Shown here in pieces: positions 19,772-29,086 of a stretch of 64,000 nt of DNA. The translations under genes were made by a program, and so were the position numbers. Origin of the DNA: an uncultured Gammaproteobacteria bacterium. Lineage in GTDB: Bacteria; Patescibacteriota; Patescibacteriia; SG8-24. Each line of letters starts with the position of its first letter. Position 1 is the first letter of the stretch. The notes below the pieces were generated by a model. The model was not told where the DNA came from and did no database searches. It saw only the letters and a list, made by a program, of their open reading frames with translations. Location: NCBI GenBank assembly GCA_964486995.1, contig CAZAOV010000007.1, forward strand, positions 699 through 64,698, given 5' to 3'.

Positions 19772-22732
19772 ATGTTTGTTCACAGAAATAAAATTTCTGC
19801 ACGTTTCGCTCGTTCCGGCATTTCGGTAATCGAGGTGCTTTTGGCGATAGCGATTTTTGGGGTGTTGGCCGCAAGCCTGATGATTTTGGTATGGGAGCCT
19901 TTGGTGTCTTCGAGCAGTGCGGCTCAGCGCGTGCAGGCCGTATTGTTGGCCGAAGAGGGGTTAGACGCCGCACGCTCGATTCGTAATGCGGACTGGTTGG
20001 CGCTCATTGACGGCGATCACGGAATAGATATTACCGGTGGGACTTGGGTCTTTTCTGGTACCAGCGACACGGACGGAACTTACATTCGGGTGGTCACCGT
20101 TGAGCCGGTTAGCCGAGACGTCTCTGGAGACATAACCGACACGGGCGGCACGCTGGATGCGAGAACAAAAAAAGTGACTTCGACGGTCAGCTGGGATTCG
20201 CCGTTCGGTGGCGATAAGTCGTTGTCATTCTCTACTTTTTTCACTAACTGGAACGTCATTGATTGGACGCAGGAAACTGACACGGACTTTGCCGGCGGCA
20301 TCAATAACGGCACTATCGTTACCGGCTTCGGAGACGCTGCCTATATCGAACTAGGTGCCGGCGGAGGTTCTGGTACATGGGACGTTTGGACCAGCTCATC
20401 CGTCACCCACACCACAGATGGAGATTTTTCGGCCGGAACACCGACCGACGTTACCGTGACCGGTGACGGAATTGAATTGAGTTCCGGCGGAATCGGTTCA
20501 TGGTCGGATTACGGTCTCGGTCCGGTAAGCGGGTCGTTGTACGGCATCGACATGGTTAGTTCATCAGACGGTTGGGTGTGCGGAGCGGGAGGGGCAATGA
20601 TTTCTTGGGACGGCAGCAGTTGGTCTGGATCAGAAAGCGTGGCCGGAACTAACACATATGCCGTTGATATGGTGTCTTCGACCAATGGCCATGCCGCTGG
20701 CGAGTGGAGCCTGCTTTATTCTTACAACGGGTCTTCTTGGTCATACGAGGGTTTTGATGTCCTGCAGAATATTACGGCTATCGGCATGGTCGATGGCAGT
20801 GACGGCTGGGCGGGCAGCAGTGGCGGTCGCGTCTTGCGGTGGGACGGGGCAGATTGGAATTTCTTCACCGATATTGGCGCAGAAGAAGTCGGGGACATTT
20901 ATATGCTTAGCACCAGCGACGGTTGGTTGGTTGCGCAGAACGGGCGAATTGAACGGTGGGACGGCTCCTCTTGGTCCGCATTTACTTCACCTACCTCGTC
21001 CTATCTGCGGGCAATCGACATGATTGATGCCAATGACGGCTGGGTGGTGGGTGATTCAGGCACTATTATTCGTTGGAATGGTTCCAGCTGGTCATCAGTT
21101 TCGTCTCCGACTTCTGATGACCTTTATGGCATATCGGTCGTAGCGTCAGATGACGTGTGGGCAGTGGGCGAAAGCGGCCGCATAATCCACTGGGACGGCT
21201 CTAGTTGGTCGAGTGTTTCTTCACCGACCAGCGAAAATCTTTACGACATTGCCATGGTTTCAAATGCAGACGGCTGGGCCGTTGGAGCCAACGGGACCAT
21301 TTTACGATTCGAACTTTCGTACGCTTCACCGGGCATACTAGAATCATCCGTCATCAATAGCGGTAAAACCGGAACCAGCTGGAGCCAGGTTTCCTGGACC
21401 GAGTCTTTACCTGCCGGAACCGATGTTACGGTGGCGTTTCGTTCTGGTGATACGGCAACACCGGACGGTAGTTGGTCGTCTTGGGGTTCGGAGGTCACGA
21501 ATGAAACCGGCAGCGCCGTCACCTCGTCCAGCTCTCAATATCTGCAATACCGTGTCACCATGACCACCAGTTCAATCGACACTCCGCGACTGGAGGACAT
21601 TACGGTTACGTATGACGAAGTGACCAGTAGCGATTTGTACGGTGTTGGCGGCAGCGCGGTGGATGACGTGTGGACAGTGGGTGAGTCCGGAACCTTATTG
21701 AACTATGACGGTTCGTCCTGGTCCAGCTTCAGTTCGCCGACCGGAAACGACATAAATGCCGTGGACGTACTGGCGTTCAATGACGCTTGGGCGGCGGCGG
21801 ACAGTGAGCAGTTCTTGAATTGGGACGGTTCCGCCTGGACCATAGTCAGCGATATCGGCAGCGGAACACTGAACGATATTGACTTGATTACGTCTTCGTC
21901 CGGTTGGGCAGTCGGTTCGGGCGAGGAATTCTTTGAATATGATGGCTCGTCATGGTCCGAGCTGTTCGATTTGGGCGAAGATACGCCCCAAGCCGTGTTT
22001 ATGCTTTCCGCCGTCGAGGGCTGGGCAGCCGGATCAAGCGAAAAATTTTATCGGTATGATGGTTTGTCATGGGCCGATTTTTCTGATTTGGGCGGCGAAA
22101 CCATTTACGACATTTACATGATTAGTTCGTCCGAGGGCTGGGCAGTCGGTTCGGGCGGCAAGTTTTACCGCTGGAACGGAACCGCCTGGTTCGAGTATGT
22201 GGACGTCGGCGGGGCTACGCTATACGGAGTGATAATGATTTCTGCGGTCGAGGGCTGGGCAGTCGGTTCGGGCGGCGCCCTGTACGAATGGGACGGCAAC
22301 TCATGGTCGTCTGTCGTTTCCGGAGTGACTGAAGATCTATATGACGTGTCCATTGTTTCGACGTCGCCGACGATTGCCTGGGCGGTGGGTGCGAACGGAA
22401 CTCTATTGAGTTTAACTGCCGGAGGTTCAGGAACCAGCGGCACTTACGAATCCAGTATTCTGGATACGGACAGCACCGATTCAATTTGGGAAACCATGTA
22501 TTTCGATGTCGTGCTGCCCAACGATTCCACCGCTACTGTTGCCTTGCGTTCCGGCGATACGCCAACACCGGACGGTAGCTGGGCGTCATGGAGTTCAGAG
22601 ATTTCAGTCACCTCTGGCACAGCGGTTCCGGTTTCCGGCGCTCGGTACCTGCAGTACCGCGTTACTCTAGAGAAAAATACCAGCCCCGATTCCCCGGAAT
22701 TTCACGGCATCACCATTACCTATACGCAATGA
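19772..22732 (+). CDS. Large pilin-adhesin fusion (PilV-like N-terminus plus two beta-propeller-like repeat arrays)
   Basis: G|ISVIEVLLA, A..LAEEGL.A.RSIR; about 13 repeats of L.dI.m.s...GWAVG..G....WDGSSWS. Confidence 0.85.
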   Translation: MFVHRNKISARFARSGISVIEVLLAIAIFGVLAASLMILVWEPLVSSSSAAQRVQAVLLAEEGLDAARSIRNADWLALIDGDHGIDITGGTWVFSGTSDTDGTYIRVVTVEPVSRDVSGDITDTGGTLDARTKKVTSTVSWDSPFGGDKSLSFSTFFTNWNVIDWTQETDTDFAGGINNGTIVTGFGDAAYIELGAGGGSGTWDVWTSSSVTHTTDGDFSAGTPTDVTVTGDGIELSSGGIGSWSDYGLGPVSGSLYGIDMVSSSDGWVCGAGGAMISWDGSSWSGSESVAGTNTYAVDMVSSTNGHAAGEWSLLYSYNGSSWSYEGFDVLQNITAIGMVDGSDGWAGSSGGRVLRWDGADWNFFTDIGAEEVGDIYMLSTSDGWLVAQNGRIERWDGSSWSAFTSPTSSYLRAIDMIDANDGWVVGDSGTIIRWNGSSWSSVSSPTSDDLYGISVVASDDVWAVGESGRIIHWDGSSWSSVSSPTSENLYDIAMVSNADGWAVGANGTILRFELSYASPGILESSVINSGKTGTSWSQVSWTESLPAGTDVTVAFRSGDTATPDGSWSSWGSEVTNETGSAVTSSSSQYLQYRVTMTTSSIDTPRLEDITVTYDEVTSSDLYGVGGSAVDDVWTVGESGTLLNYDGSSWSSFSSPTGNDINAVDVLAFNDAWAAADSEQFLNWDGSAWTIVSDIGSGTLNDIDLITSSSGWAVGSGEEFFEYDGSSWSELFDLGEDTPQAVFMLSAVEGWAAGSSEKFYRYDGLSWADFSDLGGETIYDIYMISSSEGWAVGSGGKFYRWNGTAWFEYVDVGGATLYGVIMISAVEGWAVGSGGALYEWDGNSWSSVVSGVTEDLYDVSIVSTSPTIAWAVGANGTLLSLTAGGSGTSGTYESSILDTDSTDSIWETMYFDVVLPNDSTATVALRSGDTPTPDGSWASWSSEISVTSGTAVPVSGARYLQYRVTLEKNTSPDSPEFHGITITYTQ

Positions 22733-25700
22733 AGCGAGCCAAACAAAATAATAATCGCGGTATCGCCTTGCTGGAATTGATTATCTATCTGGGTCTGCTT
22801 GGCTTTGTACTTTCGGCAATGGTCATGTTTTCGGTCGAGTTTGCGGCCACCCACGCCAAGTCCGCGGCACTGGCCGAATCGGCGCGCAATACCAAGTTTG
22901 CAGTGACGAGAATCGCGTATGAGGTGCGTCGGGCCGAGTCCATCGACTACGACAACTCAACTCTCGATACCAGTCCGTCTGTCCTGACGCTTGAAACTTC
23001 CAATCCGTCCACCAATCCAACCGTTATTTCAGTGGTCGAAAATCAGCTGATGATGAGTCAGGGTGGGGGAGCGGATATTCCGCTCACGCCATCGCAAGTC
23101 GAGGTGGAGGATTTTACGATTATAAACGTGGCCGACACGACTCGCAGTCGGTCGATTCGGGTTGCGCTCACGTTGGGTATTGTCGAGTCGGGCAGCTTGG
23201 AAGAGTTTTCGGGAGTAACTTCCTACATGACTACGGTGCGGGTTTGGAAAGACGATGGCTATAACACCGAGGGCACACCACCGACTCCGACACCGACCTA
23301 TGGCCAGTCGGCATATCGCTTCTTTGCCAACGACGATTCCACTGATGTCGGCGCTCCGTTGGCGGCTCAAGATTCAGCCGCCGCACTTTCTTCCGATGGC
23401 AATCCGTTCCGTTTGCGTATGATGGTGGATGTTGATACCGCAACGGTGGCGACCAGCGCAGCCTCGTTCAAGCTGCAATTCGCGGAGAAGTCTGGCGCTT
23501 GCGATACCTATTTTGTTGGCGAGTCCTACGAAGACGTAACCGCGATTTCCGATATCGCCTATAACGACAACTCTCCCTCAGATGGCGTGGCGCTAAATGC
23601 CAACGCTAATGATCCGGTGCGAGCCGGCCGAACGTCCGTTGCGCAAACGTATGAGGAAGCCAATAATCTGACCAACTCGAATCAGATTTTGGCTGGTCAG
23701 ACCGGATTATGGGACTTTGCGCTAATTGACAACGACGGCACGGACGAAAAAGAATATTGTTTCCGTTTGGTGCACTCCAGCGATTCTCAGCTTAATGACT
23801 ATTCGGTCGTGCCGGAAATTTCCACGGCCGCTGGTTCCACCACCGATGTTTTCCGCGTCACCGAATATTACATTACCGCCGGAGAGTTTAGCGGGGACAC
23901 CTATGACCTTACGCTGGACCAGGCTTTGGCTTCCAACTATTTTACGATTATTCGCGGCAGCGACGGTAGCGGCACGGGCGGCGGCAATCGTGGCCCTGAT
24001 GAAAATTATGTTTCTTTGACCGCTGACCCGTTCGGAACGGGGGAACTGGTACCGTCTTCCGGTTCGGATGTACTGCAACTCACTCGCCATAATTCGGTTG
24101 ACGGTTGGCAGGGAGTGGTAACGGTAGCGGAGTGCCTAGGCAACTGTTCGACTTCCGGATTTGAATTACTGGACGTGCGTCGCGTGGTACATTCCGGCAC
24201 CTCTACCGGCGGCACAGAGACAGCAGGAGCCAGCTGGTCAGATATTGATCAAGTTATGCTGCTTGGCGGCTACAATGGCGCGGGCTGTGACAGTATCGAG
24301 ACCGATTCAGGCAGCCATCACAGCTGTCACGTTCGTCTTTGGCCGTCAGGCAGCAACCAAATATTTTGGACCAGAAATAGTTTGGGCGGTTTGATGACCG
24401 CAACTTCTACGGTACAGGTGCTGGAGTGGGGGAGCGACTGGACGGTGCAAAGACGCACGGTGACCGGAAGCTCCGGCGGCGACGGTGCCGATCAGTTGAC
24501 CGAGTATGATCGTACGGCCATCAGTTCGGTAAATCGTGACGCCACTTGGGTGTGGGGCACTGGGCATACGAGCGAAAGCGGAACTGGTGACAGCGCCGAA
24601 GCGTCGCTGATTACATTGGGTGACGGAGTTAACCTGAACTCGTCCGAATCTTGGGTGTCCGTCGGTCAAGAGGTCGATTGGGCAAACAAAGAATTCGAGG
24701 TGTATGCGCTGACTCATCCGAGCTTGATGGTTGATTACCGCTTCAAGCCGGACGGAAACGAGAGTGACCTGACCTATGATCAGGCGGTTAATTCGGCTAC
24801 GGCCGGCCTGCGGATGTCAGTGGCTTACAACGGGTCTGACGGTTCCGGCTCGCAGTACCCGCGGCCCATCTTCTCGACTCGGTATGCTTCCGATACATCT
24901 GTTCGTATGGAGCGCCGGCGTGTCGGCGCAGAATTCCCAGCTTGGATTCAGGGTATAGACTTTTCCAATATTATGGCTGGAGGTGGTCCGCCACCGAGTG
25001 CCACGTTGACTCAGTCGGCCTATCGTATATTCGATAACGACGATTCTACCGATGTGGGTGCACCCTTGGCAGCGCAAGATACAGCCGCCACCCTAACCGC
25101 AAATGAAAGTGAGTTTAGGCTTCGCTATTTGCTGGGTATCGACACGTTCGGGCTATCGATGTCAGGGGAGAGCCTTAAACTTCAGTACGCCACCAAGTCG
25201 GGTACGTGCGATACCGCATTTGCGGATGAAAGTTATGCTGACGTGACTGGCGCCACAGCCATTGCCTTCGCCGATAACTCGCCGTCCGATGGTGTCGCGC
25301 TGACCGAAAACGCGAACGACCCGGTGAGCGGTGGCCGAACAACGATCGCTCAAACATATGAAGAGAATAATAATCACACTAACACGACGGCTATCGCCAA
25401 CGGTGAGGCCGGGTTGTGGGATTTCGCCCTGGTTGACAACGACGGATTAAACGCCGCCGACTATTGTCTGCGTGTGGTGCGTTCTGACGGCAGTCTGCTC
25501 GACACCTATTCGGTTATCCCAGAAGTCTCAACGGTCTCCGGATGCGGAGTGATTTTTAGCGACGATTTCGAAGACGGCGATGCTTCTGACTGGGTACATA
25601 CTTGGGATAGCGGTGTCGATTGGAACGTGGTTGATGTCGGCGGAAACAATGTCTATGAAAACACCAGCTCAACCTACTCGCAGACCCAAGCCCCTTCATT

Positions 25701-28395
25701 TGGCGATGATGATTACGTTTATACGGGGCAGTTTACGATCAGCAATTATGGTATCCACGGATTTATTTTCCGTTATCAGGATGACAGTAATTTTTGGCGT
25801 CTAGTGTTTGAGTTTGGTCAGGTTCTGATTCGCGGTCAGGTGGGTGGGTCCTGGACAAATGCGGCCGGGCAGTCGGTAATCAATTGGTCTCCGACCGTCG
25901 GCACGACGTATAACATCAAGGTCAAAGCTGAAGGCAGTCAACTGGACGGAAAGTGGTGGGAAGACGGGACCGCCGAACCGGGTTCGTGGATGATTTCTGC
26001 CAATGACAGTCAGATATTGACTGGCTATGCGGGCGTGAGCAATCGTGACGGCACGCAGTTCGATAGTCTGTCCGTCACTACCTGCCTGACCGATCCGGTG
26101 ACTGGGTCGGTCACCGTAATTGACCCGAACGGCAATGATTCACTTATTGCTGGTTCGAACTATGAAATCCTGTGGAGCTCGTCGGACACTTCTGGCAATG
26201 TCGATATTGAATATTCGACCGACAATTTCGTTGCCGACATTAATTCGATTGCCAACAGCACGGCAGATGACGGAAGCTACTTTTGGACCGTTCCAAGCCT
26301 GGACAGTTCAACGGTGCGCGTGCGCATCAGCGACTCGGCCGATGCTGGCGTGACCGACACAAGCGACGCGGACTTCGAGATTTCCATGCCGCCGAGCGTC
26401 ACCGTAACCGACCCGAACGGCGGCGAGTCGCTCACTTCCGGTGACAGTTTTAATATCACCTGGATATCCATTAATTCCTCCGGATTCGTAGATATCGAGT
26501 ATTCAACCGACAATTTTGTTACCGATATAAATACGATAGTTGCCGGAACAGCCGATGACGGAATCCATGCCTGGAACGTGCCTGCTCTGGACAGTTCCAC
26601 CGTGCGCGTGCGCGTAACCGATGCGTTCTACGCCGGAATTGCAGATACGAGCGACGCGGACTTCAGCATCGCCACGCCGAGCACTGTCACGGTGACCGAC
26701 CCGAACGGCGGCGAGTCGCTCACTTCCGGTGACAGCTTTAATACCACCTGGACCTCCAACAACACCTCGGGCACGGTTGATATCGAATACTCCACCGACA
26801 ACTTTGTGTCCGATATCAATTCGATAGTTGTCGGAACCCTCGATGACGGTCTTTATGGCTGGACCGTTCCGAGTTTGGACAGCTCGACCGTACGCGTACG
26901 CGTTACCGACTCGGCCGATCCCGGCGTGACCGACACCAGCGACGCGGACTTCAGCATCGCCACGCCGAGCACTGTCACCGTGACCGACCCGAACGGCGGC
27001 GAGTCGTTAAACTCACAAGATTCATTCGACGTTACCTGGACCTCCAACAACACCTCGGGCACGGTTGATATCGAATACTCCACCGACAACTTTGTGTCCG
27101 ATATCAATTCGATAGTTGTCGGAACCCTCGATGACGGTCTTTATGGCTGGACCGTTCCGAGTTTGGACAGCTCGACCGTACGCGTACGCGTTACCGACTC
27201 GGCCGATCCCGGCGTGACCGACACCAGCGACGCGGACTTCAGCATCTCTACACAACCTACGTTCCGGGTAACCGAATACTACGTCACCAACAGTCAATTC
27301 AATCAGCAATCATACACCCTAACGCTCGACCAGGACTTAGAATCAAATTATTTTGTTATCGTCCGCGGCAGTGACGGTGACGGCAGCGGCAATGGCCATC
27401 GTGGTCCGGACGAGAACTACGCGGCATTGGCGGCTGACCCGTTTGGTACCGGTGATTTGAGCGATTCCGGTGCGTCAAACCAGATTGATCTTACCAGGCG
27501 GGGTGACACAGATGGCTGGCAGGGGGTAGTCACCGTAGTTGAATGCTTGGGCGACTGCGACTCGTCTGGCTTCGAACTGATTGGAGTCGAAGAGGTTACA
27601 CATTCTGGCAGTAGTACCGGCGGACAAGATACGTCCTCAGTTTCCTGGACCGACATCAATCAAATCATGCTGGTCGGCGGATTTTATGGCGCTGGCTGCA
27701 ACACCGATGAAAGCGACCATGTAGATCATGTCAGTTGCTTCGCCAAGATTTGGCCGGGCGGAACCAATGAAATTAATTGGTCCAGAGATGTCGGCGGCAA
27801 TAGTTCCCTGAGCACGGCCACCAGCACGGTCATGGTCATGGAGTGGGGGAGCGAATGGAACGTCCAGCGAGTTGATGTTGTCGGCAATAACGGCGGCAAC
27901 GGCGCGGACAGCACCGGCGAATACGACACGGCCAGCATCTCACCGGTGGCTCGGGTCAACACCTGGGTTTGGGGAACCGGTCACGTGGACGATGACGGTA
28001 TCGGCGATTCGGCCGAGGGGTCATTGGTTACGCTGGGCAACGGCGTGAACCAAAACGCCACCGAGTCGCAAGTAGCCGTAGGCAGTGAATACGGTGACGA
28101 CAAGGACTATGTGGTATATGCGCTAACGCACCCAGGCCTAGCGGTAGATTATTTCTTCAAGACCGACGGTCAAAGAGGCGATTTAACCAATGACGCGTCG
28201 GTTGATTCGGCGCCGGCCGGCAGTCGTATGGCGTTGGCCTATAACGGCTGTAACGGCACGGGACATGCTTATCCGAGGCCGATATTCTCGGCGCGATATT
28301 TATCGGACACGTTTATCCGCATGGAGCGGCTTCGGTCCGGTCAGGCATTTCCAGCTTGGATTCAGGGCATCGACTTTAGCGAGATAAAACATTAG
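22729..28395 (+). CDS. Giant pilin-adhesin fusion (PilW-like N-terminus, 1888 aa, multidomain)
   Basis: ATGA overlap with the upstream stop; G|IALLELII; duplicated domains, a lectin-like FSDDFEDG segment and four PNG(G)E Ig-like modules. Confidence 0.85.
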   Translation: MKRAKQNNNRGIALLELIIYLGLLGFVLSAMVMFSVEFAATHAKSAALAESARNTKFAVTRIAYEVRRAESIDYDNSTLDTSPSVLTLETSNPSTNPTVISVVENQLMMSQGGGADIPLTPSQVEVEDFTIINVADTTRSRSIRVALTLGIVESGSLEEFSGVTSYMTTVRVWKDDGYNTEGTPPTPTPTYGQSAYRFFANDDSTDVGAPLAAQDSAAALSSDGNPFRLRMMVDVDTATVATSAASFKLQFAEKSGACDTYFVGESYEDVTAISDIAYNDNSPSDGVALNANANDPVRAGRTSVAQTYEEANNLTNSNQILAGQTGLWDFALIDNDGTDEKEYCFRLVHSSDSQLNDYSVVPEISTAAGSTTDVFRVTEYYITAGEFSGDTYDLTLDQALASNYFTIIRGSDGSGTGGGNRGPDENYVSLTADPFGTGELVPSSGSDVLQLTRHNSVDGWQGVVTVAECLGNCSTSGFELLDVRRVVHSGTSTGGTETAGASWSDIDQVMLLGGYNGAGCDSIETDSGSHHSCHVRLWPSGSNQIFWTRNSLGGLMTATSTVQVLEWGSDWTVQRRTVTGSSGGDGADQLTEYDRTAISSVNRDATWVWGTGHTSESGTGDSAEASLITLGDGVNLNSSESWVSVGQEVDWANKEFEVYALTHPSLMVDYRFKPDGNESDLTYDQAVNSATAGLRMSVAYNGSDGSGSQYPRPIFSTRYASDTSVRMERRRVGAEFPAWIQGIDFSNIMAGGGPPPSATLTQSAYRIFDNDDSTDVGAPLAAQDTAATLTANESEFRLRYLLGIDTFGLSMSGESLKLQYATKSGTCDTAFADESYADVTGATAIAFADNSPSDGVALTENANDPVSGGRTTIAQTYEENNNHTNTTAIANGEAGLWDFALVDNDGLNAADYCLRVVRSDGSLLDTYSVIPEVSTVSGCGVIFSDDFEDGDASDWVHTWDSGVDWNVVDVGGNNVYENTSSTYSQTQAPSFGDDDYVYTGQFTISNYGIHGFIFRYQDDSNFWRLVFEFGQVLIRGQVGGSWTNAAGQSVINWSPTVGTTYNIKVKAEGSQLDGKWWEDGTAEPGSWMISANDSQILTGYAGVSNRDGTQFDSLSVTTCLTDPVTGSVTVIDPNGNDSLIAGSNYEILWSSSDTSGNVDIEYSTDNFVADINSIANSTADDGSYFWTVPSLDSSTVRVRISDSADAGVTDTSDADFEISMPPSVTVTDPNGGESLTSGDSFNITWISINSSGFVDIEYSTDNFVTDINTIVAGTADDGIHAWNVPALDSSTVRVRVTDAFYAGIADTSDADFSIATPSTVTVTDPNGGESLTSGDSFNTTWTSNNTSGTVDIEYSTDNFVSDINSIVVGTLDDGLYGWTVPSLDSSTVRVRVTDSADPGVTDTSDADFSIATPSTVTVTDPNGGESLNSQDSFDVTWTSNNTSGTVDIEYSTDNFVSDINSIVVGTLDDGLYGWTVPSLDSSTVRVRVTDSADPGVTDTSDADFSISTQPTFRVTEYYVTNSQFNQQSYTLTLDQDLESNYFVIVRGSDGDGSGNGHRGPDENYAALAADPFGTGDLSDSGASNQIDLTRRGDTDGWQGVVTVVECLGDCDSSGFELIGVEEVTHSGSSTGGQDTSSVSWTDINQIMLVGGFYGAGCNTDESDHVDHVSCFAKIWPGGTNEINWSRDVGGNSSLSTATSTVMVMEWGSEWNVQRVDVVGNNGGNGADSTGEYDTASISPVARVNTWVWGTGHVDDDGIGDSAEGSLVTLGNGVNQNATESQVAVGSEYGDDKDYVVYALTHPGLAVDYFFKTDGQRGDLTNDASVDSAPAGSRMALAYNGCNGTGHAYPRPIFSARYLSDTFIRMERLRSGQAFPAWIQGIDFSEIKH
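26107..27246 (+). repeat. Four in-frame ~288-bp Ig-like module repeats
   Basis: VTVTDPNGGESL...DTSDADFSI four times; the last two are nearly identical in DNA (offset 288). Confidence 0.9.
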
Positions 28396-28397
28396 AT

Positions 28398-28820
28398 ATG
28401 ATAATTATCAAACCAGCGCAAAATACTGATAGGGGAGCCGTCGCTTTGATTACGGTAATTGTTTTAGGCTCGTTACTGCTTATACTCGGTCTGTCCGCTT
28501 CTTACGTTGGGCAGACAGAAATAATTATCGCCGGCCAGATGGACCGGGGTCAGCATGCTCGCACTCTAGCCGCTACATGTATTGAGGAAGCGCTGCATCG
28601 TCTCAAACTAGATGATGCATATGCAGGAGGAACGATTGATATTGATTCCGATTCTTGCGCAGTTACGATTATCGGCGCCGGTTCATCACGTACTATCACC
28701 AGCACGGCCATCTCGGGGGATTTTACCAAGAACATCGAAGTCATCGCTTCCCTAAGGCAAAATGCCGATACCGATGCCTCGGCATGGAACATAGATTCGT
28801 GGACTGAGTTAGACCCGTAA
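28398..28820 (+). CDS. PilX-like minor pilin
   Basis: RG|AVALITVIVL without Glu5; A..CIEEAL.RL motif. Confidence 0.8.
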   Translation: MIIIKPAQNTDRGAVALITVIVLGSLLLILGLSASYVGQTEIIIAGQMDRGQHARTLAATCIEEALHRLKLDDAYAGGTIDIDSDSCAVTIIGAGSSRTITSTAISGDFTKNIEVIASLRQNADTDASAWNIDSWTELDP

Positions 28821-29086
28821 ATAGAAGATAAAAATGTCGTTTATCTCCCAAATCACCTGAGAGGCACAGAAGCGCAAAATAAAGACATTATAAAGCAGAG
28901 GGATGGTGGGGCGCGAGTTCACACACATAAGCTCTATCGCCTCTTTGCCCTCTGACCCTCAGGCTATTTTTTGCCAAGCTAAGCTATTACCGGTATCTAC
29001 ATACACACAGTTTATTTTAAATATGTTACTATAGTAGTGGCGAGCTATTTGATGCCAGTTTTTGGCACATAACGCCTTCATATTTT

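Noticed and set aside
22588-22728. N-terminal 47 aa of the 1935-aa ORF
   Set aside because: It overlaps the upstream gene; the ATGA coupling and prepilin motif place the start at 22729.
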